The notes under the pieces are model-generated. The model did not search any database. It was not told where the DNA came from and was given only the letters and a program-made list of their open reading frames with translations. Below, piece after piece: positions 29,099 through 38,490 of a DNA stretch of 64,000 nt; the stretch's first letter is position 1; each line of letters starts with the position of its first letter. This DNA is from Alkalispirochaeta sp. (GTDB lineage Bacteria > Spirochaetota > Spirochaetia > DSM-27196 > Alkalispirochaetaceae). The position numbers and the translations under genes are program-made. Location of the stretch: positions 1 to 64,000 of the forward strand of contig CBDESZ010000006.1 in NCBI GenBank assembly GCA_965242725.1, written 5' to 3'.

Positions 29099-29803
29099 TC
29101 ACTGCGCCCCAACCGCTCGCCGACGACTGAGGATCCGAAAGAAAGCGGCCGCTTGAGCCAGAGCGACCGACAGCAATGCGCCAACGTACACAAAGCGTAG
29201 TGGATTCGCTGGGTAGACTGCCCCGGGCCGCTCTGGTGACGGAGTGTAGTGAATGAATGCAAAGTAGATGGCGTGAAGTACAGCCACGTAAAAAATGACA
29301 TAGGTGAATGTATGAAGCCATTTCCAGGTGGAAATGCCCAAGAAACTCACGGCCTTGTCAAAGGATGTCGCGGCTAAGGAGAGCCCTAATCCAAGTGCAA
29401 CGATACCCATCAGGTTGGCCAAGCCGAATCCGGGCTCGGCTCGCAGGTAGATCTCCAACTCCGGAGCGTATCGGAAACCCAACAGGCTCGCAACATCCCA
29501 TCGAGCCCACCCGTCCCATACGAGGTAGCCATGCACCATTCCCATTACCACAAACCACACCCCGGTCTCTCGCCGCCAGGTCACAACGGTCATGAGTGGC
29601 GACCACACGACCGCGGCGGGACCAATGACTGCGGTGAACCAGAGCAAGGCGAACGTCCCGACTCCAAAGGACTTCCATAAGCGCATGTCGGCGCTCCAGG
29701 TCGAATTGAGCCACCAACCCATATAAAACGATATGCCCGCGAACACACCAACCACAACGTACCGAAGCAATACCATGCGTCGACTTTTTATTCCGAGCAA
29801 CAT
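29099..29803 (-). CDS. Ferric-reductase-like transmembrane (MsrQ-like) protein
   Basis: WRRETG...VHGY, AATSFD...WKWLHTFTY...LHA heme-ligand pattern. AGGAAGGAG RBS. Confidence 0.8.
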   Translation of the reverse strand: MLLGIKSRRMVLLRYVVVGVFAGISFYMGWWLNSTWSADMRLWKSFGVGTFALLWFTAVIGPAAVVWSPLMTVVTWRRETGVWFVVMGMVHGYLVWDGWARWDVASLLGFRYAPELEIYLRAEPGFGLANLMGIVALGLGLSLAATSFDKAVSFLGISTWKWLHTFTYVIFYVAVLHAIYFAFIHYTPSPERPGAVYPANPLRFVYVGALLSVALAQAAAFFRILSRRRAVGAQ

Positions 29804-30802
29804 TTGGTAATCTCCTTCCTTGCGTCCCGTCGGCCGGCGGAATGCGGAATGCGGAACCATCTTCGGGACGCGCCATACGATTATCGTCGGTAGCCGTCGT
29901 TGGTCGTTGGATACCGCTCGTCTCTTCCGGTAATCCCGTCGTCGCTCCGCCAGTACACCGTGAACTGACTCTTGTGCAAATCAACTCCTACGCTCATTCG
30001 CATCTCGCTCTCCTCCCTCGATTTGAGCCGGAGTCCTATGCGGTGGATCGTGCCACTCTCCTATTCGACCTCGCAGGTCATTGCACGCTACGGTTACCGC
30101 TCCTCATTCTCCTTGTCAGCCTCGCAGGCTATCAACAATGACGAACAGCACCCGGTCCGCCTCAAATCATTTGATTCTTGGCGATATTCTAATCCACCGG
30201 CTCACGGTTTACTTTTTATCGTGCCTCCTTGTTTAGGTTTGCGGACCGAAGGCATTCTTCAATGAATACCCCTTCGGTCTATCGCCACCGACGCGTTCTT
30301 CTATTTGCTCACGTTATTCTTACGGATAGTCGTCCTGCTCTACAAGGCGTACTGCACTGTGCCCGGGAGGGCATCGGTCAGTCGTGCGGTGGCGTCCAGG
30401 CGGAGCTCACGCCGCCCGAGCGATCTCCCCCGGGTCGAAGGGCGACAACCTATCGAGAGTGGATCGCGTGCAGTCGACTTGCGCCCCGTCGGTGCGCTAC
30501 CGCCGCACGCCCTCCTGGGGAGCCCTCGGCACCCGCGGCTGTCCTGATACGTTGACTCGAGGATATCGACTAGCTATGCTGGCAATTGCGATGATCCTCA
30601 CCGAAGGTCGATTGACTAACATACGGACCCATGCGTCCGAGTGTAGCCGGCTCGATAGCCGCTGCCTGAACACGGAGGCAAGTCCCTGCGACGCATTTCC
30701 CGCCTGATACATATCGTTCGCGCCGCTCGCAGCCAGTATCGTCGCTATCGGCGCTTCCAAGCCGGCAGCGATAATGCGGCTCCTCAGGCGTTTGTTGACA
30801 CG

Positions 30803-32752
30803 TTGGTAGAGTTTGGACCTACCTTCGTCAAACTGGGCCAGGTCCTGAGCACCCGCCCGGACGTGCTCCCGGAACAGTACATCGACGCGCTTGAGCGTCT
30901 TCAGGAGAACCAACCTCCAGAGGAGTTCGACGTGGTCCGCCGGACTTTGGTAGCTGCGCTGGGATCACGCTTGGAGACTCACTTTTCCGAGATTGACTCA
31001 GAGCCCATCGCGGCTGCCTCGCTGGCGCAGGTGCATCGGGCCAAGCTCGCCGGCAGTGGCCGCACGGTCGCCCTCAAAGTCCAACGCTCGGCGCTGGACG
31101 AGAAGATACGGCTTGATCTCGACGCTATTGCGTATGGCCTCGGGTGGCTGCGGCGGCTAACTCCTCGCCGGCTCGAGCGCACCAACCTGGTGGGCTTTTT
31201 CGATGAGTTTCGCCGCTATACGCTGCAAGAGCTTGACTTTGTCAACGAGGGGCAGATCATCGATCGTTTTCGGACCAACTTGGTTGACCTACCACACGTG
31301 CGGCTGCCGGCGGTTCACTGGGACCAGACGAGCGCGCGTGTGTTGACCCTGGATTGGGTCGAGGGGATGCGCCTAGGACAGGCCGCGGAGCGACTCGACC
31401 GACCGACACGCCGACACCTTGTCGAGTCACTCGTCGAGGTGCTTATGAAAATGTTCGTCATCGATGGACTATTCCACGCCGATTTGCACCCGGGCAATGT
31501 CTTTTTCCATGACGACGGCACCTTTACGCTGCTCGACTTTGGGATGTACGGCGAACTGAGCGGCGCCCAGCGCGACCGTTTCATTCTCTACCTCATTGCA
31601 GTGGTTCAGCGGCAGGTTCGTCGCGCGTTTCATCATTTCAAGGCGCAGACGCGAGAGCTTCCCGGAGCCGACGAAGGGCGCTTCTTCGAAAAATTCTCCG
31701 AGCTCGCCGAGATGTTCTACAGTTCGCCCCTGAGCGAGATGAGTTTTACACGCGTGTATATGGAGATGATGCGCGCCGGCTACAAATACGGTTTCGTATT
31801 TCCCAGCGAATTGATGTTGCATGCCAAGGCGCTGACGACAGCCGAGACGTTGCTCTTCGTGCTCGATCCCGAGATGCGTTTCGAGCAGGTGGCTCGACCG
31901 ATCATCGCCCGCGAGTTCACCGAACGGGCCAGTTCGCTGGATTTGGTGAAGCGTCGTGTGAGTCAGTTCGTCCCCGAGCTTCTGTTTCTGGGAGAGATCG
32001 TGCCTATGGAAGCCGTCGACGATACGTGGGACAGAGAGGCGACCGACGAGTTGACGGACGAGTTCTGGAGCGCGACCATCGATCGTGCCAAAGACCAGCT
32101 CGCACACGGCGCGCTATGGAAAGAGCTGCTGGAACGGCACTTTCGAGACGCCTTGCGTGAGACACCGCTGGCGGGAAAGTCCGGCGAAATCCTCGAGGCG
32201 GTCTGGGAACGATACTACGAACTCGAGCCCGACCTTCCCGTCGCAGACACCGTTGGCGCCACCTTTACCACTCACCTCGCTCTGGCGACCTTGGCCGTGT
32301 TCGAGGTCCTTAGCGCCCATGGTCTCGACAAAAAACGCGCCTACGAAATCATTTATGACGCGGGTTGGCGTCTCTACACGAAGATGGGCGAGCCGCCGCT
32401 GCTGATCGCCGGCGCCTATACGCGAGACCCGGCCAAGCGCCTGCGTATCGCCACCGATCTCTTTCGCTCCTTTCCGTTCGGCGAGCCCGGATATTTGTGG
32501 CAGGACGTCGAGGGGCCGTCACATGTCGTCGGCTTCGACTGTATGAGGTGTCCGGTCGCCGAGTTCTTCGCGCGTCACGACGAGTCGGAGTTGTGCGTGA
32601 ACACGTGGTGTAATTTGGACTTTCCGCTGGCTGAAAAGTGGGGCGGCCGGCTTGAGCGGTCCGGCACCATTGCGTCGGGAGCCGAGCGGTGTGACTTTCG
32701 GTGGCACGCCGATGTCGACGATCAGAGTGGCTTTGGCAAGAAGCAACGATGA
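30803..32752 (+). CDS. ABC1/UbiB (AarF) kinase-like protein fused to an ATC-hydrolase-like domain
   Basis: GPTFVKLGQ, AAASLAQVH, ALKVQ, ELDF, FHADLHPGN, LDFGM; C-terminal RCPVAEFF...C..D...RSGTIASGAERCDFRW. Start uncertain. Confidence 0.82.
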   Translation: MVEFGPTFVKLGQVLSTRPDVLPEQYIDALERLQENQPPEEFDVVRRTLVAALGSRLETHFSEIDSEPIAAASLAQVHRAKLAGSGRTVALKVQRSALDEKIRLDLDAIAYGLGWLRRLTPRRLERTNLVGFFDEFRRYTLQELDFVNEGQIIDRFRTNLVDLPHVRLPAVHWDQTSARVLTLDWVEGMRLGQAAERLDRPTRRHLVESLVEVLMKMFVIDGLFHADLHPGNVFFHDDGTFTLLDFGMYGELSGAQRDRFILYLIAVVQRQVRRAFHHFKAQTRELPGADEGRFFEKFSELAEMFYSSPLSEMSFTRVYMEMMRAGYKYGFVFPSELMLHAKALTTAETLLFVLDPEMRFEQVARPIIAREFTERASSLDLVKRRVSQFVPELLFLGEIVPMEAVDDTWDREATDELTDEFWSATIDRAKDQLAHGALWKELLERHFRDALRETPLAGKSGEILEAVWERYYELEPDLPVADTVGATFTTHLALATLAVFEVLSAHGLDKKRAYEIIYDAGWRLYTKMGEPPLLIAGAYTRDPAKRLRIATDLFRSFPFGEPGYLWQDVEGPSHVVGFDCMRCPVAEFFARHDESELCVNTWCNLDFPLAEKWGGRLERSGTIASGAERCDFRWHADVDDQSGFGKKQR

Positions 32753-32947
32753 CACCGGAAGACGTCCCGTGCGGAGACTCCGATTGCGTTAAACGGGTTC
32801 ACATGTTCCGGGGACGTTTCGGGACGCCGCGGATCGGTGTACGCCGCGAGAGCCTTCGAAATCTCCAGATATACAACGTGCTTAAAGTCGTTCTTAGTTC
32901 CTGTTGTATTCCAATAATCATCGGAATATAGGAGGAGCGTGGATTCA

Positions 32948-33268
32948 TTAATTCGCGACCTTGATCTTCTCTCTGAGGAGTCTCTTACTCGGCCACCCCT
33001 TGCCGTTGTTTTCCTTGTACACCCGGCACGCCATCACGCCGTCTCCCCGGTAGTCTTCCAGATCCCGGCCGTTGACCCAGATTGTCGGAGACCCGGCGAA
33101 GCGAAGCTCTTTGGCCCGATCCAAATCCTCCACGGCAAGTAGCCGTACCGAGGCGTCTTTTTTTTCCTCTACAAGGACGTCGAGGATGTCGTTCCACGCC
33201 TGCCTGTACGACGGGCACCCGTCGAAGTAAAGCAGGTCGATCGTCAGTCCTGTTGCGTTTGTACTCAT
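32948..33268 (-). CDS. Thioredoxin-like DUF2703/DF-family protein
   Basis: LLYFDGCPSY...FAGSPTIWVNGRDL...ACRVY...GWPS. Confidence 0.75.
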   Translation of the reverse strand: MSTNATGLTIDLLYFDGCPSYRQAWNDILDVLVEEKKDASVRLLAVEDLDRAKELRFAGSPTIWVNGRDLEDYRGDGVMACRVYKENNGKGWPSKRLLREKIKVAN

Positions 33269-33705
33269 GATTCAGTCTCCTTTCTTGTCTTGTCGGTATC
33301 CGTGCGTTCCAGCGAATCAAGGATCGGACACGGGTCGGTGGCGGCTCGGCTGCGGCAGCTGTCGATGAGTGCCGTCAACACATCTTCTATCCTGTGGAGG
33401 GCGGCGATCCGTTCCTGAACATTCTCTAACTTCCGCCGGGCGTGAGCTCGGACTTCGTCGCACGCAATCGCCGACGGCGTGTCTACCCTAAGGGCGAGGA
33501 GCTCGGCGATCTCCTTCAACGAGAAGCCGAGGCGCTTGGCGTGGGCGATGAAGAGCAATCGCTGCACGGTTTCGGGCGGAAACTGCCGATACCCGGATTC
33601 GCTCCGTTCAGGTGCGGGAACGAGCCTCTCCCGCTCGTAGTAGCGGACCGTCTCAACGCCGACTCCGGCCCGTCGTGCTACCTCTCCGATGGTGAGTGTG
33701 GCCAT
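33265..33705 (-). CDS. merR: MerR-family heavy-metal-responsive regulator (three-Cys type)
   Basis: TIGEVARRAGVGVETVRYYE; Cys in ACDEV, DSC and PCPIL. Confidence 0.85.
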   Translation of the reverse strand: MATLTIGEVARRAGVGVETVRYYERERLVPAPERSESGYRQFPPETVQRLLFIAHAKRLGFSLKEIAELLALRVDTPSAIACDEVRAHARRKLENVQERIAALHRIEDVLTALIDSCRSRAATDPCPILDSLERTDTDKTRKETES

Positions 33706-33722
33706 GGTGCTGCCTCCACGCT

Positions 33723-35081
33723 CTACAACATATACGTGATGTCCGACGTTGCGGCCGGATGCACGTAGATGCCGGTCTTCAGCTCCAGCACGGAAATCTC
33801 GTTCCGAATTGCCGTGGCAAAGATGTTGATCGTCTCGCCGGCATGGCCTGCGAGAATGTGCGCCCCTAGAATCGTTCCGCTTGTTTTGTCGATGATCACC
33901 TTGTAGGCCCCGTATGACTCGTTTGTCCTGCGAAGGGTGTACCAGTCGCTCATATCGCCCGATTTAACCTCGACATCGTAGCCCGCGTCCCGTGCTTCTT
34001 CTTCCAATAAACCTGCCCGTGCCAGGGAGGGAATGGTGAAGGCTACGCTGGGGGTTCCCCGGTAATTGGGCTGTTTTCGATTGTCCTTGAGGATATTGCC
34101 CACGGCAACCATCCCCTCGTGCACCGCCACGGGGGTGAGCTTTGGCCCGGCGGTGTTCGCGGCGTCGCCCGCAGCGTAGACGGCCGGGTTGGAAACACTC
34201 TGAAGGAACTCGTTCACCTCGATACCCCGGGTCGGATCGAAGGAGACTTCCCCCACCTCCAGGTCCAGATCGTCCAGCTCCGGCACACGACCGGCCCCGT
34301 GGACGACAAGGCCCGTCTCGATCTCCGCACCGTCGGTCGTGGAAACGGTGTACGGCGATTCGCCGTCACCACGCCGGTTTACCGCCCCAACCTCCGTGTT
34401 GAGCCGGATATCGACACCCAGTTCGCGGGAGACCTCGGTCAGACGGTCCGCCAGGTCCGGATCAAAACCCTTGAGGATATGAGCGCCTCTCTGGAGGACG
34501 GTAACCTCCGCTCCGGCTCGGGCGGCTATGTGGGCGAACTCCATGGAGACAAAACCACCGCCGACAAAGACAATCCGTTTCGGAAGCTCGGGGAGGTCGA
34601 GGAAGTCGGTGCTGGTGATCACGTGTTCGGCACCCGGGAAACCGAGCGTCCGGGGTCGTTGTCCGACGGCGATGACGATATGCTCCGCGTCTACTTGCCG
34701 GTCGTTCACCATTACTGTGTGGCGACCGATGAACCGCGCAGCGCCATGCAGCGTCTCAACACCCAACTTGGACATCGACTGTTCCAGGGACCCGGGGGTG
34801 TCCTCGATTATCGACGCTTTATGTTTCATGAGGGCGGGCCAGTCAACGGTGAGCTCTCCCTCCACACCCGAGCCGGACATGCGGCGACTCGAATCGATCA
34901 ATTCGGCTGCTCCGACAAGCACCTTCTTGGGGTCACACCCACGCAACGCGCACGTCCCGCCATAGGGCCTCGAATCCGCCACGGCAACCCGCTTGCCCGA
35001 CCGCGCCGCCTTGTGCGCCACCGAGACGCCGGCCATGCCGACACCGATTACCAACACATCGTAGCTATTGTTCGATTCCAT
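33723..35081 (-). CDS. Glutathione-reductase-like pyridine nucleotide-disulfide oxidoreductase
   Basis: GGTCALRGCDPKK, GGGFVSMEFA, YAAGD, HP near the C-terminus. No NmerA domain and no C-terminal CC. Confidence 0.88.
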   Translation of the reverse strand: MESNNSYDVLVIGVGMAGVSVAHKAARSGKRVAVADSRPYGGTCALRGCDPKKVLVGAAELIDSSRRMSGSGVEGELTVDWPALMKHKASIIEDTPGSLEQSMSKLGVETLHGAARFIGRHTVMVNDRQVDAEHIVIAVGQRPRTLGFPGAEHVITSTDFLDLPELPKRIVFVGGGFVSMEFAHIAARAGAEVTVLQRGAHILKGFDPDLADRLTEVSRELGVDIRLNTEVGAVNRRGDGESPYTVSTTDGAEIETGLVVHGAGRVPELDDLDLEVGEVSFDPTRGIEVNEFLQSVSNPAVYAAGDAANTAGPKLTPVAVHEGMVAVGNILKDNRKQPNYRGTPSVAFTIPSLARAGLLEEEARDAGYDVEVKSGDMSDWYTLRRTNESYGAYKVIIDKTSGTILGAHILAGHAGETINIFATAIRNEISVLELKTGIYVHPAATSDITYML

Positions 35082-35268
35082 TCCAGTCCTCCGTTATTGT
35101 TGCCAATTCATGCCGCGTGAAGAAGCGGACCGCGGTGATGACCGTACCGATGATGCCAACCTTCAGTAGTCGGTTTGTTCGCGGAGCGCAGGCGGTTTGG
35201 CATGATTCGTCCGCAGTTGCTACGCCCTTACCGAGGCTCTCGGGTCTCAGTCGGTTGATCCACTTCAT
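35065..35268 (-). pseudogene. MerF-like mercury transporter remnant
   Basis: LLKVGIIGTVITAVRFFT matches the MerF first helix, but the CC pair and second helix are lost. Confidence 0.55.
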
Positions 35269-35274
35269 CTCCAA

Positions 35275-35306
35275 AGTTTAAACCCTGCACCCCACTACAG
35301 GGTCAA
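35275..35306 (-). promoter_or_regulatory. MerR-family promoter/operator
   Basis: TTGACC-20 nt-TAAACT with dyad ACCCTG(T/C)A-N6-T(G/A)CAGGGT at 35282-35303. Confidence 0.8.
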
Positions 35307-35425
35307 GGGACACCTGCGAAGGTTTAGAGCTTTCACGTCTCCTGTCATATGGGAGGCGGAGACGGCACACTTCAGTCACTTGACGGTAATAATTGTACTA
35401 ACGATCTTGAAACTATAGGAGTAGC

Positions 35426-35989
35426 ATGATGAAGAAACGGTACACACACTACGCATACGCCATCGCCTTGGCTGTCGCGGCGGCGGTTCTGTTGGCCGGC
35501 TGCGGGGCCGGGCAGGAAGAGGGAAGCGCCGAAACTCCGGCCTCATCGGCGGACGCCGCCCAAGCGGACGTGGTAACCACGGCGTCCATCGTCGATACCC
35601 CGGACGGATTCCTCGACGCCGCCGGACCGGACGGTACGTGGATCATCGCGACCCTCAACGATCTGACTATCGATCAAGAAGTTGTCGTAGCAGGTGATTT
35701 TACTCGGAACGATGAGCTGTATCGGAAACTTGCCCTCTACGCCCAGGACGAAAACCGAACCGTTACCGATCGTTACACGGTGAGCGCTCCGGGATTGGTG
35801 GTGCGCAGTCCCAACACTCGGATTCAGGGCGGAACGTTTCGCGGCAACTTGTACGTGGAGGCCGAGAAGTTTCATCTTGTGGATGCAACCGTGGATGGAG
35901 ATGTGACCTTTGCAAATGCCGCACTTCAGGAGTCCTTTTCCCTGGACGATACGTCAGAGGTTACCGGCTCCGTCGGAGTAGATGAATGA
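35426..35989 (+). CDS. Lipoprotein, possibly flavinylated
   Basis: Lipobox LLAGC; DVVTTAS motif; RKLALY..D and beta-rich C-terminus. Confidence 0.7.
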   Translation: MMKKRYTHYAYAIALAVAAAVLLAGCGAGQEEGSAETPASSADAAQADVVTTASIVDTPDGFLDAAGPDGTWIIATLNDLTIDQEVVVAGDFTRNDELYRKLALYAQDENRTVTDRYTVSAPGLVVRSPNTRIQGGTFRGNLYVEAEKFHLVDATVDGDVTFANAALQESFSLDDTSEVTGSVGVDE

Positions 35990-36094
35990 CAGCGAGGCCA
36001 CACTAAACGATAAGGGCGAGGAGTTTTAGGACTGCTACCTCATCGAAGACACGGCAGCGGGTGGCGTGGCGACTCTCGAAGCCATGATTGGAAC

Positions 36095-36161
36095 TTGCTC
36101 AATACTGAACATGACGGTATAGTACTAAATGTACAGGTAGTACGAGTTGGTTAAGTCGTAC
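36095..36161 (+). promoter_or_regulatory. TA promoter and operator
   Basis: TTGCTC-17 nt-TATAGT, then TGTACA and a GTACGA-N10-TCGTAC palindrome. Confidence 0.55.
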
Positions 36162-36180
36162 ATATCAAAAGGGGGAAGAT

Positions 36181-36441
36181 ATGCTCTATCTATCGGTTTC
36201 AGAGACCCGAATTCCTCCGAAGGTCTTCAACACCGTTGTCTATAAAGGTGATTGGGCAAAAATCAGCAAGCGCGGTGGAGAAGCGGTATATCTCGTCTCG
36301 GAAGACGATATACGGCTCCTCGAAGAAATTGAGGATAGGCGACTTGCGGAGCTAGGTGAAGAGGCTCTCGAGAAGCATCGGAGCGCGGGCGGGGAGACCG
36401 TTTCTTGGGAAGCGCTCAAAGGCGAGGCAGTAACGCCGTAG
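36181..36441 (+). CDS. Type II antitoxin (Phd/RelB-like)
   Basis: 86 aa acidic protein, ISKRGGEAVYLVS...ETVSWEALK; abuts the toxin gene. Confidence 0.75.
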   Translation: MLYLSVSETRIPPKVFNTVVYKGDWAKISKRGGEAVYLVSEDDIRLLEEIEDRRLAELGEEALEKHRSAGGETVSWEALKGEAVTP

Positions 36442-36705
36442 ATGTACTCCGTCGAGTTCACAAAAGAAGCCGCGAAGCATTTTCTCCTACTCTCCGGCAA
36501 GATACGGCGCCAAGTTTCAGACAAGATAACTCTCTTGGAATCGGATCCATTCCCGAGCGGTTCGAAGCAGCTACAGGCGAAGGAACGTCTGTTCCGACTT
36601 AGATCGGGAGCCTATCGAATCATCTATCAGGTAGATGGGAGACGGTTGCTTATCCTGGTTCTCAAGATCGGAAACCGAAAGGAGATCTACCGAAAGAAGG
36701 AGTAG
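36442..36705 (+). CDS. RelE/ParE-family toxin
   Basis: YSVEF..EA...RLRSGAYRIIYQV...LKIGNRKEIY. Confidence 0.9.
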   Translation: MYSVEFTKEAAKHFLLLSGKIRRQVSDKITLLESDPFPSGSKQLQAKERLFRLRSGAYRIIYQVDGRRLLILVLKIGNRKEIYRKKE

Positions 36706-36778
36706 CGCCGGCGCGAGCGGCGGTCGGACGCAAGCGTAGATGCGGACGCAGACGCGGCTCCTTGGTACAATTAGCCCG

Positions 36779-38467
36779 ATGAAGCAGTTCCGCCTCTCCA
36801 ACTTTGAAGCCCGTTTTGACCGCGTGATTCTGGATCGTGGCCGCCAGTATCTAATGGATCGGCGCGTTACCAATATCCAGGAGGGGTCCCCCGGTGAGTT
36901 TACCGCTGCGGTAGAAGGAAGCGAGCGGTACCTCGTTAGAGTTTTCCTGGCAACAGGCTCGATGGAACCGGCGGATCAGCTTGTGACCGACATCTCCTGC
37001 AGCTGTCCTTACGATGCCGGACCGTACTGCAAACATGAGGCCGCCCTCCTTTTCGTCCTGCGTGAGCGCCTGCCGGTAACTCCAAATGAGACAGATAGAG
37101 CCTCGCGGCTGGCGGCCATATTCGCCAGGCTCACCCGGAAGGAGCTGGAAGAGATCATCCTCTCCCATGCGGGGAGTGATCAGATCTTCGCACTTGGGCT
37201 TCTTACCGAGTATGACGCGGATCTCCGCTTATCTATCCGGAGTGAGCTCAAGCGATTCACCGACCGCTGGGGGCTGATAGAATACCGCGACGCCTTTACC
37301 GCCGCGGGGGTCTTTGACCGTCTCTTTGACCAAATCGACTCCCACCTGACCCGGAGGGCGTTCCGCCCGGCGTTTGACGTTACCACCGCCATCATCGAGG
37401 AAGCGGCGACGGCAATAACCTATACCGACGACAGTGCCGGGGTAATGGGTGGGGTCGTTCGCCGCGGTATAGAAGCGTTGCGGTCCATCGTGGAAGCGGA
37501 AATCGACGATGACCTTCGACATGACATCGTCAACTATGTGGAGAGGACCGTTGATTCCGACCAGTTTCCCGATGTGGCCGACTGGGGACTCGAGCTTTGG
37601 CGTCTATCGACGGCGGCCGTCCGATCGGAAGAGGAGTATCAACACTTTCTGAATGCGCTACAGGAGGCGCTGCCCCCTGAAAAGCCGGAGTCCGGTTTCG
37701 CCCGGGATTATATGCGTGAAGAGCTTCTGGTGCTGATGACCCAGCTGATGGAGCGCTTCGGCGACCAAGAGCAGGCCGAATCGATACGCCAGGAGAACCG
37801 ATACCTTGCCGAATTCCGGGAGGCTCTTCTTTCTCGCGCCTGGAGAGAGGAGGACTTCGCAACGGTAATACGATTGGCGGAGGAGGGGATTGCCCGGGAC
37901 ACCCACCTTCCCGGGCTGCTAAAGCAGTGGCGCGTCTGGGCGCTCGAGGCGTACCGGACCGCCAACCGAATCGAAGAGGCGCAGCGAACCGCCCGTGACC
38001 TGGTTCTGGACGGCGACGCTGAGTTCCTTACATCCTACCGTGACCTGGTGCCGTCAGAGGGTTGGCCGGCGGCGAGGGAGGCGCTGATCGAAGAGATCGA
38101 AACGACCCGGGGGTATATACCGCGCGTTCTACCGGAACTACTGGTGCTGGAAGAACTCTGGCTGCGGTTGATGGAGCTCCTTGAGCAAAACCCCTATCTC
38201 GTCACCGAGTACGGGGATCGCCTCTATCCCCGCTTTCCCGGTCGAGTTCGGACCGTCTGGTCCTCCCATATCATGCGGCAAGCACGTTCAACCGGTGATC
38301 GTCGCGGTTACCGGCGTATTGCGGAGTCTATTCAGCACTACGCCGGCGTCGTAGGTGACCTCGCGGCGACGGAGGTCCGCGACGCGATCCTGCTGGAGTT
38401 TCCCCGCCGGCCGGCGATGCGGGATGAGCTACTGAAAGCCGCTACTCCCAGGCGTCCGGACCAGTAG
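36779..38467 (+). CDS. SWIM zinc-finger protein
   Basis: RGRQY...AVEGSERY...CSCPYDAGPYCKH; C-terminal RRPAMRDEL. Confidence 0.85.
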   Translation: MKQFRLSNFEARFDRVILDRGRQYLMDRRVTNIQEGSPGEFTAAVEGSERYLVRVFLATGSMEPADQLVTDISCSCPYDAGPYCKHEAALLFVLRERLPVTPNETDRASRLAAIFARLTRKELEEIILSHAGSDQIFALGLLTEYDADLRLSIRSELKRFTDRWGLIEYRDAFTAAGVFDRLFDQIDSHLTRRAFRPAFDVTTAIIEEAATAITYTDDSAGVMGGVVRRGIEALRSIVEAEIDDDLRHDIVNYVERTVDSDQFPDVADWGLELWRLSTAAVRSEEEYQHFLNALQEALPPEKPESGFARDYMREELLVLMTQLMERFGDQEQAESIRQENRYLAEFREALLSRAWREEDFATVIRLAEEGIARDTHLPGLLKQWRVWALEAYRTANRIEEAQRTARDLVLDGDAEFLTSYRDLVPSEGWPAAREALIEEIETTRGYIPRVLPELLVLEELWLRLMELLEQNPYLVTEYGDRLYPRFPGRVRTVWSSHIMRQARSTGDRRGYRRIAESIQHYAGVVGDLAATEVRDAILLEFPRRPAMRDELLKAATPRRPDQ

Positions 38468-38490
38468 TACGGCTTCAATTTTCTTCCTCG

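Noticed and set aside
29860..30800. Short ORFs in the gap between the MsrQ-like gene and the UbiB fusion
   Set aside because: No recognisable motifs or RBS; probably non-coding or decayed.
33723..35081. Mercuric reductase MerA
   Set aside because: No N-terminal HMA domain and no C-terminal Cys-Cys pair; the active site CALRGCDPKK is glutathione-reductase-like.
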